From Octopus sinensis (lineage: Eukaryota): a stretch of DNA of 64,000 nucleotides. How positions within the stretch are numbered: position 1 is the stretch's first letter; each line of letters opens with the position of its first letter. The position numbers were made by a program, and so were the translations under genes. The notes below the pieces were generated by a model. That model did not search any database, was not told where the DNA came from, and saw only the letters and a list, made by a program, of their open reading frames with translations. Below, one piece after another: positions 1-13,980 of the stretch. The stretch covers positions 50,778,001-50,842,000 of the forward strand of contig NC_043009.1 of assembly GCF_006345805.1 (NCBI RefSeq), written 5' to 3'.

Positions 1-1720
1 TGTGCGCAAACTGCTAAGAATAAAAGAACTTGATATTATAATATGTAGAGTGAAATTTAATTCAAGTACTGGAATGTTCAAAAGATGGCATTTATTGAAC
101 ATTCCAATTGAACATTCCAACACCTGAATTATACAACTAGCGATGTACATTGCAATGATTTAATTTTTCATAGACCAATGAATCGAAATATATCAGGGTG
201 CAAATGTGTAAGTATAATTCTAAGGGAGAAATGAGAGAAAGAGAAAGTATGTGTGCGTGTATGTATAATCAACAGATGCAAGAGTTTACATACATGCCAC
301 ATATTCCATTAATAAAGCATTTCTTTTCCAGTTCAAAAACCCGACAGGCTTCTTAGATACCCAATACACAGAGTATATAATAAATAAAGCAAATTATAAA
401 CCCTTATACCTACACAAATCTCAATATACGCATAAATACGGACATTGAACTAGCATGGCTGCAACTGTGGGATCTCAGTTCAAGAATCTACATTATTTGC
501 AAACACAAACTCCTAATATAAAAACGGCTAATTTAATCGTATTCTTTAGATGAATTTTTCTTGAAATTTTAAAATTTTCAACTTTTCATATATTTTCTTC
601 GGTTTTTGAATTCTTTAACTTGCGCGTTCTTTCCAACGGTTTGAGAAAAAAAGATCGAATTCAGTTCTTTTACATTAACTATTATTTTAAAAAGAATATT
701 TTAGTGAAAACTGTGTGTGTATATGTGTGTGTGCGTGTGTGTGTACATACAAACTGAAAGAATTATCCCCCTTTAGACTTGTTTTCTACGTTATGCAAAA
801 GCGAAACCGCCACATGTGGCGTATTGTATGCTCATTAAGAGGTACACAAGTTCTGAACACGAGCATACGAAACATTACTCACATATATATATCTACAAAG
901 GAACATACAAAGTCTATTCACGCCCAGTAGTTATGTTGAATTACCAACAGAAAGCATTAAAAGAACAAACATCAAGAGAGAATCAAAAGAAAAAGAATGT
1001 TGGGTTGTTTTTCTCAGCGTTTTCTGTTTCTTAGCCACTCCCACAGGTTTAGAGAAATGTTCTTCCCCCATAACCACCTCCTTCACCCCGACAAGTTTTA
1101 TCGTTCGTTGATGCCTGCACCTTATACCGAGACGTGTAGAACAAACAAAACTGTAAGCAGGTAGCAGTTTAGGAACGGGTGTAGCAAGTAAGCCTACTTA
1201 CTTCTACCTAAGACGTAGAAGCTATATATATAATAAATATATATGTTTTTGGGAGGGTTATTAAAAGACTATTGGGGTAGTAAACTACTAACAGTAAATG
1301 GTAGATTCCAACGCCTTTGAAACGTTGAAATAATATCATCCTTACAGCTAAATAGAAATTTTAATAACCTTGGTTAAATATTTTCTTATATGTATAGCTG
1401 TAGTTTACGAGTGTTAGTTTGCTTCAACATATATTAAAACATGCTAAAAACACGTACGTCTGTCGTATGAATAATTCCCATAGTTTATAAGAAATACAGT
1501 CGGATAGTCTTATACGGCGGATATAGCTCAAAACCTACGTTTTAAATCAAAATTCTAGGGTTCGTCTTATACACACTATCACCTTAACCCTACTAACAAA
1601 CACGGTGTATAGGATAGAGTGAAAGACTGTCGGACATTAAATAATACTTCAGTATACTCAGACGCACACACAGAGTTCTACATTAACGTGATGTAATATG
1701 TCTTTCTTTATATTAGTATA

Positions 1721-1951
1721 TACTCTTACTCTCTTTTACTCTTTTACTAGTTTCAGTCATTTGACTGCGGCCATGCTGGAGCACCGCCTTTAGTCGAGCA
1801 AATCGACCCCGGACTTATTCTTTTGTAAGCCCAGTACTTATTCTATCGGTCTCTTTTGCCGAACCGCTAAGTTACGGGGATGTAAACACACCAGCATCGG
1901 TTGTCAAGCAATGCTAGGGGGACAAACACAGACATGCAAATACACACATAC

Positions 1952-1990
<39 letters not shown>

Positions 1991-2163
1991 ATATATATAC
2001 ATATATACGACAGGCTTCTTTCAGTTTCCGTCTACGAAATCCACTCACAAGGCATTGGTCGGTCCGAGGCTATAGTAGAAGACGCTTACCCAAGATGCCA
2101 CGCAGTGGGACTGAACCCGGAATCATGTGGTTGGTTAGCAAGCTACATACCACACAGCCACTC
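1721..2163 (-). mobile_element. tRNA-derived SINE family B with internal (TA)n/(CA)n
   Basis: Head GAGTGGCTGTGTGGTA..GGTTCAGTCCC; tail GGCGGTGCTCCAGCATGGCCGCAGTCAAATGACTGAAAC(TAAAAGAG)n; multiple copies in the window. Confidence 0.9.
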
Positions 2164-2766
2164 ATATTTTTATATTGGTGTATGTGTGTGTGTCTTTTGT
2201 ACATACATACATACATACATACATCAGAGTACACACTAACGTACATATACATGAAGGAGAAATGTTAAACAGTGTCTACAGCATCTACGCAACATATTTT
2301 TACCAATAGATAAAAAAAAAAAAAAAACTCAGATGCCAAAATAGTAAGAAGTTATTCATTATTAGTAACCCTTTAAGATATAACAACCCCAAGAGTTCCA
2401 GGAAGCGTAGTCCTTCTCAGCATCCAAGTTTATCAAAAAGTAAATACTAGTTTGAAATTTCTGTATTCTTTAGCTTTCAGGAACATTAACCAGCAGGGAG
2501 ATTTCTTGTTTCTGAACAGATGAAAAGTCGTGTTTTCTTTTTTGTAGTTTAATTTTCTTTTGGTAAACGCGTGTGGCATACGTGTGTGTATATGATGAGT
2601 ACGCACACAACCTGACCGAAAAAAAAAAAAAAATTCAAATGTTCGTATGTATGAGTATATGTTAACAGTGACAGTATAGAATTGTGTATATAATGTGAAG
2701 GACATTACCACAAAGAACATTACTGGTGTGTTAACGTGAAACAGTGTGTGTGTCTGTGTGTATACA

Positions 2767-2853
<87 letters not shown>

Positions 2854-2886
2854 CATACATACACACAAATACACACACACATATAT

Positions 2887-2924
<38 letters not shown>

Positions 2925-2989
2925 GATATATATATATATATACGTAAATATACATATACATGTATACACACATACGTATACACACACGT

Positions 2990-3031
<42 letters not shown>

Positions 3032-3123
3032 ACATACACACAAATACACACACACATATATACACGCGCACATGTTTATGCACACAAACACGCGTGTACA
3101 TAACTGTGTGCACAAACGTGTGT

Positions 3124-3166
<43 letters not shown>

Positions 3167-3403
3167 CGTGCGTGCACGCTAGCATGGTAGAATGGTAAAA
3201 ATCATTCGTTTCACTATCATAGACCATGATAAAAAGAAACAATTCACAAGGCACGGATTGAATTGGTCCTTTGCTAAAAAGACAATTGTCTCTTGCCAAA
3301 ACCTCAGATCAGCTCAAGTCATGTGAATGAAAATTTGTGGAAGGAAACTGCGTAACAGCTCGTCCGATGAACAGTAAATTCCGCACACCTTTACTGTGCT
3401 GGT

Positions 3404-3787
3404 GTGGAGGCGCAATGGCCCAGTGGTTAGGGTAGCGGACTCGCGGTCATAGAATCGCAGTTTCGATTCCCAGACCGGGCGTTGTGAGTGTTTATTGAGC
3501 AAAAACACCTAAAGCTCCACGAGGCTCCAGCAGGGGATGGTGGTGATCCCTGCTGTACTCTTTCACCACAACTTTCTCTCACTCTTTCTTCCTGTTTCTG
3601 TTGTACCTGTACTTCAAAGGGCCGGCCTTGTCACTCTCTGTGTCACGCTGAATATCCCCGAGAACTACGTTAAGGGTACACGTGTCTGTGGAGTGCTCAG
3701 CCACTTACACGTTAATTTCACGAGCAGGCTGTTCTGTTGATTCGGATCAACCGGAACCCTCGTCGTCGTAACCGACGGAGTGCTTCC
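3404..3787 (+). mobile_element. tRNA-derived SINE family A, full length (resembles octopus tRNA-Arg-derived OR-type SINEs)
   Basis: tRNA-like head with A box (TGGCCCAGTGG) and B box (GTTTCGATTCC); 11-bp TSD ACTGTGCTGGT. Confidence 0.9.
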
Positions 3788-3928
3788 ACTGTGCTGGTTC
3801 TGTCCGAAAACAATGTGTTAAGAGTACCATGGTCTCTCTGGAATCGTCAGCTAATGACATGCTAATTCAATGAGTTGGGAGTTCGAACTAGGATACTCAT
3901 CATCGAAATCGATAATGATCCATGTATT

Positions 3929-3984
<56 letters not shown>

Positions 3985-4045
3985 AACACATACACACACA
4001 CACATACACACGCAGAGTACTTTCACTTTAATATAACGTCAATTG

Positions 4046-4250
4046 TTCAGAAACGTTAGCAAGTCGGGCGAAAAGCCTATGCGGGTTTTCGTCGGTCTTT
4101 ACGTTCTGAGTTCAAATTCCGCCTAAGTCGACTTTGCTCTTCATCCTTTCGGGGTCGATAAATCAAATACCAGTTGCGTACTAGGCTCGATCTAATCGAC
4201 TGGCCCCCTCCCCAAAAGTTTCAGGCCTTGTTCCTAGAGTAGGAAAGAAT
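4046..4250 (+). mobile_element. SINE family C, alternative short tail
   Basis: Same head/body as family C; tail GGCCCCCTCCCCAAAAGTTTCAGGCCTTG. Confidence 0.75.
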
Positions 4251-4699
4251 ATGTGAATTGTTTTATTTATGGCAAAAACTGAAATAAAAGTGTATGTTTT
4301 TATTCTTTTATTAGTTTCTGTCATTGCACTGTGGTCATGCTGGGGCACTACCTTCCAGGCTTTAAAAAATTTCTTTTTTTAGGCCATTATATCCATCTCA
4401 ATTCTTATTTCTGTCCAGTATTCATTTCACCAAAATTCTGTATTTCGAACTTTCAAGAGAAAGGACAAAACAAGACGCAGTTCAATGACAACACCCCTGT
4501 TTTTAAAAGGAATAGCATTTTGGATAATCATATGATAAACAAAAAGATGAGATGGTCATACAAGCTGGACCACCTTTGATCATAGGACTGCTTGATCAAC
4601 AACAGCACACACACACATGCACACGTGTGTGTGTGGCGGATAAGCACAAGCACTTCTCAGTTATATCAATATTTGACAAGATAATCTGTTGTATTAGAG

Positions 4700-6193
4700 A
4701 CACTCTGAAACATATCTTCAATGGATGATGAAATTTTAAAATAGTACTTAAAAGAAAATACAAACTCATATACTCACCAGCAGTCACTGAAGTCAATATT
4801 TACTATAGGAGGCAATATTTACTATAGAGCTTCCCAAAATACATCAAAACGAATTAAGGATACTTAAGCTAATTTTTTTCTCAAATACCTTATCTCTATG
4901 TTGCTACCGACTCTTTAAAAGGCACAACATTTTCTATATAATGAAGTAATGATTCAACATCATGTTTGAATGGTATGATAGTCTGAAAATGAAGAACAAC
5001 TATGTTGAGACTGAATGCAGATTAGATTAGGCAGAGGTCAATCTGTATTGTAAGTACCAACTTTCAAACAATGACTGGGGCTGTATATAATACGAGCAAT
5101 GTTTTAACAGTTAGCTAATCTAATTAACAATCTATATTAAGTACTTACGGAGATGTACTTGCATAGCAGCACGGATTTTTGTCAGTGAACAGGTCGCGGT
5201 CTTATAGCGACGAAAATATTTTGACAAATTAAACTTAAATGTTGAAGTGAATCGAACGGCTTTTGTGTGTTTCTTAAATGGCTTACAAACACCTTCCATG
5301 CTGCAATTGTTATATTAAGTACTTGTTTTTTAAAATAAATAATTAAACTTAACAGGAGTTTATGACTTCTGTGATATTTAAATGTGTAGATTTAGGCAAC
5401 ATTCTATGGTATACATAATTTTGAAATAGAATGTTCTATGATTATGAAGTACTATATTCTATAGTGAAGTCGCCAATAGTTTTCATTCACACAGTGTTCA
5501 CAATCAAATGACTTGAGCATACAAGATGAACTCCAGTGGAAGATTTGGCCATAGTTCACAAAGAATCGAAAAATGCTTGAGAGACCCTAACAATACCAGT
5601 ACCCACGATAAAAAACAAAAACCAAAAAAAAACATCTACTGATAGACAAGTGAAGGGAGGGACAGAGAGAGAGAGAGAGAGAGAGAGATACTGTAAGAAA
5701 AAAGACAGCAAAAGGAGAAGAGAGAGGGAAACAGTGAATGAGAAAAACAAAAAAGAGAGGGAAAGAGAAAGACAGACAGACACACACACACAGACACACA
5801 CACAGAAGGAGAGTGCATTTATGTGTGTGTCTGTATGTACACATGTGTGTGAATGAAAGTGTGTGAAAAAGAGAGAGAAAGCAAGATGGAGAGTGGGTGT
5901 CTGTGTGCATGTATATTCACTTTCATCTCTTATAAACCCCCTTTATAAAATGAAATTAGTGTTATGTCCAATCTCAAGAGTTAATTCTTGAAAATGTGTT
6001 TAACTCAAATAAGCACCAGGAACATTTAGCTACTTCAAAGAGTTTGAAGAACTGCCTGAAGGTAAGAAGTTTGGTTATGAAGCAGAACACTTAGATTTAA
6101 CAACAAACTCTAATGGAGATTTCCTCTTTGTAAATCATTTTGTTCAGGATATTTTTCCCTTCACTATAGCAGAAAATAATAATAATAATAATA

Positions 6194-6230
<37 letters not shown>

Positions 6231-8502
6231 TGTTAACAACTATGTTAATTGAGGTAATAATAATAATTGTAATAACAGTAACAAAAGTGATAGATGTGGT
6301 TTGTCATAGCAAGAGGATTATCCATGTAAATCAGCAGGGGAAACTGAAAGGGTTGCAAGAAAAGAGGGGAGAATAGATGAAGGTTGTACTGATTGTGATT
6401 AGATGCTCTATGTGAAGGAATGGCTGAAGTTGAAAGATAAGTGAACAAGATAAATTAATAGAGAGAAAATAGCTTAAGAAATATGTAAGCAGCTGGGCAA
6501 AGAAAGAAGACTATTGTTTGAAAGTGAAATTGTTGTGAAAAAATGCTATCTACAATTATCCCAAACAACCATTGCATGTTCTATGTTACAGAGGTTAACA
6601 AACATTTGGTGGCCTGATAATCTTCTGGGCCACAAGGGAATTACAAATACAAATGGAACTATGATAGTTCCTTACACAGTAATGTACGTGAGGATTACTT
6701 TGAGGTAGCAGAAAGGAAATCAAAAGTTGTGGTGTTTATTATAGTTATGGCTTTCTGAAACATTTTAGTGAAAAACAAATGACTTTTTTTTTAACCTGTG
6801 TAAAAACACACATTTGGAATTTTTGTGTGTGTATGTAAAGTATTCAGAGAAAAAAAGAAGTGCAAATAATTGAATTAAATGTAATGTTTTATTGATTTTT
6901 CTCAATTCAGATTCACAAATCAAAATTTATAACTTCATCCTACTAAACAATGAAAAGAAAAAGTAGGACAGACCTACAAACTCAAAGATAGGTAAATTTT
7001 ATTGCTTTTTAATTAGATTCCCTTTTTTTCTTTTCATTCATATCACTTTTCCTGCTTCAGAAAAATCATTCCTTCTGCTGAGTCACCAATACTGATAAAG
7101 TATTGCTTATCCCTCTCTAACTTTGCAGGTGTTAAAAGTGAAACAGATGATACTGGAATTTAAAACCAACAGCTGTGGGTTGAACACCCCATGTATAAAA
7201 GTATAGTATCACTGTTAAATTACAACTATATACATATCTATACTGCATAAAATATATCTTACAGGAACAGGTAAGATGTCAACAGGTTTTAGCTAAATGA
7301 TTCAGTAAAAATCTTTCAGAAATAAGATTGAGAGAGGAAGAGAGAGAAAGAGAGAGAGATAGTGTGTGTGTATGTGTGTACTGACTTTTGTCACTAACTT
7401 CATAATATGTGGTAGTTTTATTCTATATTCCTTAGAAAACAATACAAAATCTTACTGATTCAAAAACAATTTGAAGCACTAACTATAAGAATAAGATAAG
7501 TCAATTTTAAATATTTTTTGTGCAATGAAAAGGAATCAAATATATAAATTTGAAGGTGAAAATTTCAAATATTTTTGTACTTGTAAATTTAAAACACCAA
7601 ATCTCCCAAAAGATTTAAACCCTTCAGATAACAACCTGTCTGGGATTGCCCTTGGCTCTATAATATAATCTTTCCACTTTAAAGTGATCTAAAGTTAAAC
7701 CTTCCCTCAAAATTCCAGGTTAATTTAAGTTCTCAATACCAGCTTAATAATGATGAATTATTATTTTAATAAATTTTTTATTACTTTCAAAATTAATTAA
7801 AGGTATGGCAGTGTATTTTAACAGAAATTCATTAACAAAAGGGTTAATACTTTTACATTGTTCACCTCATTATGACTGTTTGTTGATTACCTACAAAACT
7901 TTTGATGCAAATAGCTGATAATAAGCATATTTTCTTATATAACTTGTATATAACTAATAGCTATGAATAAAAAGAACAAACAACATTACTATATCATTAT
8001 TTCTAAAGCCTGCAACTAATTAAGAATGCGGGGGGAAAAAAAGAAAAAAAAAAGAGAAAAATTAGTAGAGTTCTTACATCACATAGGAGAAAAAAAGAAT
8101 GAAAAAAGGAAAAAAAAATAAAGATATAAATAAACCCTCTTTTGAATATTATACCCCATAAATTAGAAATGTGTATTCACAGCTAAGGATTGACTAGGTG
8201 AGATGAAAAGAATACAAGAAGTTTTTGAGTTGAGTGAAATTTTTATATAATTTGACACATCGGAAACATAAAAAATCACTGCGGTAAGTTAATTTGAAAA
8301 GAAGTTTCTAAACAACAAGTATTCTTTTCAATGGAACATCAGACAGAGAATTTGAAATCATATACAAATGGGAAGAAGAAATCATGCGAAAACTTATCCG
8401 ATTACAGGATTGTCAATAACTGAACTTCCACAAATAATGACTAACAATGCAAAAGGCAGAGAAACTTATGAATAATATGTGTGTTTGTGTGTGTGTGTGA
8501 AT

Positions 8503-8550
<48 letters not shown>

Positions 8551-10343
8551 AACACACACACACACACATATATATGTTTATAAGTATATATACATACATA
8601 CACTTACACATGCGCATAGATACAAATCCGCATACACATAGACATACTCTTTAAAGCGCCAATCATAGCTTTGTGGAAGCAGCACACTCCAGTGACTAGA
8701 AAATATTTGTGTTCTGATAATAATCCTTACAAAACCAGACAACATAAAGCACCTTTGAGTGCATTGCCAAATCAGTGACTTTGAAATCAGAAATTCTTAA
8801 CATATAGCTCAGTTACCATTAATAGCTGTAAATTATACCAGCAAAGAATTAACTGCTATCACCATTATGACAACTACTTCCACCACTCTGAAACAACATA
8901 TTTGGAGTTTTATAGTTAGTTGATACTTATACAATGTTATTTTAGTCATTGCAGCTCCTGTTTACAAATAAAGCTGAAATATCTTTGAAATTCACCGCAC
9001 AGAAAATGTATTCAAATCAGTTTCCTTGAGAAAGCTTTTAAAGTAAATTTCATTAAATGACAAAACATCGTAACTATTGTATAAATAAGTAATTTCAAAT
9101 CTGTAATCTTAGTTTATTATAACTAGCAAGCTTAGCTTGAAGTAGTATAAAATAGCTTCGATAGCCAATTATAAATTTATAAAAATTAATTTCCAAGATT
9201 CATAAGAACGGTTTAAGGTCTTTGAAAAGAATGAAAATTTAATTCATTCATAAGATTTATCATTAGTAATGGAAAATGTATTTGATATTTCGTTTATCTT
9301 ATCTGATTTGAAAAAAAAGAGAAAAGAAAAACTATTTTAGTTTTATATGAAATGTTAAAAATCAATAATTTATACTAGATAAATTTTAATTATTGTGCAA
9401 GTCTAGATGTAAATGTAAATCAAAGCTCCATGCTTCAATTTTTACCTGCTAACTCTTACATAATTATCTTATGCAATTTCATTGCATACAATTATAATGA
9501 TTTTTAAAACTTTTATTGAAACGCATAAGCTATGATACTCTCTGTGTGTGGGTGGGTGAGTGGGTGAGTGTATGGCTCGATTTTGTTTTCCATATGTCCA
9601 GTGATTGTATAGTTACTTTAGCTTCAAAATCATTTAGTTATAAATTTTCAGAATCCTACTAAAATAATTATTCCTTATTTCAAATGAATAATTTGAAATA
9701 ATGACTTTATTTAAAAATTTAGAAAACTTGAAAATGATTTTTTTTTTTGTTTTTTTTTTTTTGTGAAGCAATAATATAATGGGGGGAAATGTAACAGAAA
9801 CGATATCTGTAGAGAAATCTTAAAACAGTCAACATTTATATATTTTTGTGTGTGTAAAGAGATTTTCATACTGAGTTACGAGTTTAACAAAATTATTTTA
9901 GTAATTCCTCTTTTGTACATATGACACACACTGCCAAGGGCGAAATATAGATAAGTGCGTTGTTTATTGCAATATAAGTTTAGTGGTTTCGATTAAGACA
10001 AAAAGCGAAACTAAACTACTATAATCGGCTGGCAAATCCACTTCAAAATAAAGACGTATGGCACGTCATTACGGAAACCTTGTATAATCGACCGGACACC
10101 AAATGTTTCAAAATAACGTCTATTTAAAGCTTCGACATAACAGCTCTTTAAGTCATTAGTAAGTAATCCTTAGCAAACTAGAACTATTAGTCGGATGACA
10201 GCAATTTGCAACGATAAATACCGCTTACATCCAAATAAATATATACGAAAACAACTAACGAAGTGAACGAAAGAGCAAAATACAATCGAAATAACTAATT
10301 ATTTATTTACCTGATAGACGTGAGCAAGAAATGATTGTCTCAT
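4700..10343 (-). other. Candidate protein-coding host gene of unknown identity, frames corrupted by indels
   Basis: Putative exon 1 ATG at 10343 (MRQSFLAHVYQ) with donor GTAAAT at 10310; strong acceptors at 9303, 6424 and 4983; donors GTATGT (8647), GTATGC (5522), GTATTT (4888); protein-like segments SLKHFSILCELWPNLPLEFI (5523-5586) and TIIPFKHDVESLLHYIENVVPFKESV (4889-4982); CpG-poor body. No continuous ORF could be built. Confidence 0.35.
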
Positions 10344-10496
10344 TAAAAATTAACTTCGATTAGGACTACTAGATTAGCGTTCGACCATATATTAAGACTA
10401 ATGATTAGCATTCATGTATATACACACACACACGCATACACATATGTATACAATAAGTAATCATCCGTATGTGTACATAGGTGTGTGCATGTGTGT

Positions 10497-10527
<31 letters not shown>

Positions 10528-11258
10528 TGTAAGAGCGCGCAGATTGGCAATCATACATATTCTCTCTTTCACTCGTGAACACGCGCACAAATGCACATAT
10601 CTACATTTATCGATGTATCTAACCGAGTGTATGTGTTGTAATGAAAATGCAATTGTGTTCCAGTTTGCTCTTCAATTTATCAAAGATTTGACATATTTCC
10701 TTATTGGTTTCTTATGCTTAGTTTGGAACAAAAGTGTTCCGAAATCCATTAACGTTTCAAAACTATCTCGTTCTCCTCAGTTGAATAAAATGATTGTAGT
10801 ATTAGCGTATTGTTCTTGCGCTTTGCAGTAATCGGCAAAATGATCATGGGAATACTATTATAACTAATAAAATTGTCAATGGTATACTTAAACTATTCAA
10901 CAGATAAATCCTTGCAGATTTCATAGATTATTTTTACTTGTGCTGTTGTCTACCCAAATTTTGTTCCGTATTTTTCTATTAATAAAGCTTCCATGATACA
11001 CTTCTCGTTCTTAGAAGAATTCTTTATAAAACACTATTGCTGCGAATAAACATTTGTCTGATTTCATTTCGTATGAGTTACAATGACTCCTTGTTATAAA
11101 TGCATAGTTTATTGACGAAAAAGTGTCGTACGAGAGTACCTGATATAACAGTGTGAATCATGAAGTTTACAATTCTCAGGTTGTGCGAAGTACGTTGATT
11201 GGCTCGCAAGGGAGTTATTTCCTGTTGATGAGAATGTCTTCCTCCAAATAATTTTGTA

Positions 11259-11441
11259 ATGTATCGTTAGCCACTACACACATCATTTTTTTTCTCTCCT
11301 TGTTTCTTCTGTGTCCCTTTCTGTAGAAGAGCGTAGGCTCGAAACGTAAAAGACTTTTTCTATTCCTGAGCGTTATACTAATACATCTGTTTGCTTTGTA
11401 CACCACCTGTCTTTGTCTTTTGTTTTTTCGTAAACTCTCCC
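11259..11441 (+). mobile_element. ~185-bp HHR-containing mini-element, family F
   Basis: CTTT-CTGTAGA-A-GAGC-GTAG-GCTC-GAAA-CGTA-AAAG at 11317-11352; homologous to 25639-25823; followed by a TA-like tract. Confidence 0.75.
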
Positions 11442-11455
11442 TACATATATACATA

Positions 11456-11649
11456 GTAACCTCGTGTGTACCGTTGGCGATTTTTTTCCTCTGTCTTCCC
11501 TTCTCTGGATCTTTCCTTCTCCTATGTTTCCGACGAAGAGCTCCGCTCGAAACGTTAAACCCTCCTTCTTTCTTGAGCGTCCAATAATACTATATTTGTT
11601 CCACGTCCTCGCGTTGTTGTGTTTTTTTTTTATGCTTTCTTGTTTGGAT

Positions 11650-11653
<4 letters not shown>
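11456..11653 (+). mobile_element. ~200-bp HHR-containing mini-element, family E
   Basis: GTTT-CCGACGA-A-GAGC-TCC-GCTC-GAAA-CGTT-AAAC at 11526-11560; ends TTGGATTAAC then (TA)n. Confidence 0.85.
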
Positions 11654-11700
<47 letters not shown>

Positions 11701-13121
11701 CGAGCAGGCAGAATCGTGCACACCAGGCAGCATTTCATCCTGAAATGCTGGCCTTGTGCCAAAATCTGAAACCAATATTTTCGTAATATATTCTACGAGT
11801 TTCTGGTTAGGTGCAGTATGTTTTTGTTCAATATACTTTTATGACGTTAGAGTGCATTTCATTTGCGTAATACACTAATCATTCTACAATTCAACAATTT
11901 CTTGCACCTGGACTTAGCCTCTATATACTCCACCACCACCCCACTTGAGCCAAGTCACAATTAGTTTTAAACATACAACTGTTACCTACAAGTAAAGAAC
12001 TAAGATAAAGTTTGGCCAGCAGCAAAACTTTGAAATAACTGTCAAATTTATTTTAGTAAAATAATAATTTCTAAATATTAAGTACTTTCTCAGTTAATAT
12101 TTTTACTGTTTCTCACTTTGTCTCTCTCTCTATTTCTCTCTCTCTCTCTTTCATGCACACACACACACACACATACTTGGATGTAGGCATGTAAACAAAC
12201 AAGCACTCTCAGACACTTGGTAATAGCATTGAACGAAAACAAATTTACATCCAAGTTGAAAGTCAACACCAATTATACTTGTTTAACATCAAACTATTAG
12301 CTATTTACTAAAGTATACATTGAATTCTAAGCATTAAATTAGTATTTTGCAACGAATTGGAAATTATTTACTTATTATATTTGATATTTGTAATTTCAGG
12401 TTGTTTATGTATGCGCTGCTTACCTTGCTTACTAATATATATATATATATATAATATATATATATATCGTTCATGATATATATAAGCGATCTCAGTATAT
12501 ACAATTCGTTCATTTTAAAATCACGTCCTAGTTTATAAATTATATATCTAATTTGTTACATAATAAGCGTATATAGACATGGGTTAGTACAACTTCAAAT
12601 AAATAGCAGCACGACATATTGCATAAAACAAACAATCTTAGGAATAATAAAGTTATTTTAATTGAATTTCATTTCATAATGTAAATTAAATATTCAGATA
12701 AATTATGGGACCAAACTACGCACGAAACGAAGGCAATACAATGACTGAGGAGTAGAGACATAGTGAAGTAAATATATTAAACAAACAAACAAAAATATAA
12801 TAAAATTAATGAAAGAAGGGATGGAAGAATTTTAGAAATAAAAATAAAAAATGTCTGGAAAATCGATATCTATCGTGGTAATGAATTTCACGTTCTTTCT
12901 TCTGAAATTTGAAGAATTATTCGGAAGTACTTTTTCTTTTATTCCTTTATGTTGCATCTGTATAATGTGTTACTGATCAGGATTCTGCGTCTCCAGACAA
13001 CGACACAAATAGATTACAACAGGAAGAACTTTTAAAAGACATAAGATAAACAAAATTATACAATAGAATTAGAGACAGGGCGAAGAAAGAACAAGAAAGA
13101 AAGGAATATATATATATACAA

Positions 13122-13330
13122 AATGTGACCGCGTGTGTACCGTTGGCGATTTTTTTCCCTCCGTCTTCCCTTCTCTGGATCTTTCCCTTTCCTATGTTTC
13201 TGACGAAGAGCTCCGCCCGAAACGTAAAAGCCCTCCTTTTTCCCTTCCTTCCTGAGCGTCCAATAATACTATATTTGTTCCATGTCCTCGCGTTGTTGTG
13301 TTTTCTCTTTGTGTTTTCATGTTTGGATTA

Positions 13331-13332
<2 letters not shown>
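13122..13332 (+). mobile_element. HHR mini-element, family E
   Basis: HHR at 13196-13230 (CTGACGA core, one stem II mismatch); starts AATGTGACC after (TA)n and ends TTGGATTAAC before (TA)n. Confidence 0.85.
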
Positions 13333-13371
<39 letters not shown>

Positions 13372-13980
13372 ATATGTACGGGGAAATATATTTCCCGGTA
13401 TTAACTGACAAATAGGGCGAGGATCATCAAGTTGAGATGAGGACAAAAAGGTATAGCAATTAATTCATCGCCGTAAGGAGCGACTATTTCACTGGATTGC
13501 TGTGCCGGATGTAATACCACCCACGAGAAAAGTTACCTGCACTAGACTAGCGTACTGTCCAGAGTGAAATGTTTCTCGTCAGCGAAACCAGAAAATAGGA
13601 AACGACTCTGAACCACCAAGATCTGTGGAAAACCTAATTTAGAGAAAACAGTCTCGTAACGGAAGTCGATGTAAGTTGTAGAGTGGTTAATAAAATTAAG
13701 CTGTCCCATTAGGACCTGATTTCAAACACTGTTTCAGTGAGCGTTACAGCATGTTTAATGTCTACAGATAAGTACCGTGATGAATTATTGACGTTACTCC
13801 TCTTTAAAATTAAATTAAATAGTATTATCATAAGGACATTCTCCAAAATTGGATATTAATATAAGGGCATTTTAGCGGGAAAAGAATTATAGTATTAGAC
13901 AAACTATCATGAGAAATAACACGTGTCCTGTATATTTCAGAATGGGCGAATTTGTGTTTTGTTCCATATATACCCACAGC

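Noticed and set aside
3404-3480. tRNA-like sequences at SINE heads (families A, B, C)
   Set aside because: They continue directly into SINE bodies with TSDs and occur as dispersed copies, so they are not called as tRNA genes.
3845-3910. C/D-box snoRNA-like motif (ATGATGA..CTGA, minus strand); similar at 4724-4790 (+)
   Set aside because: Weak terminal stems and no convincing rRNA/snRNA guide complementarity.
6911-7270. Plus-strand exon-like segments (6911-6991, 7129-7270) with AG/GT boundaries
   Set aside because: The 6911-6991 segment has stops in all frames, and both conflict with the better-supported minus-strand candidate; could be an antisense lncRNA but unsupported.
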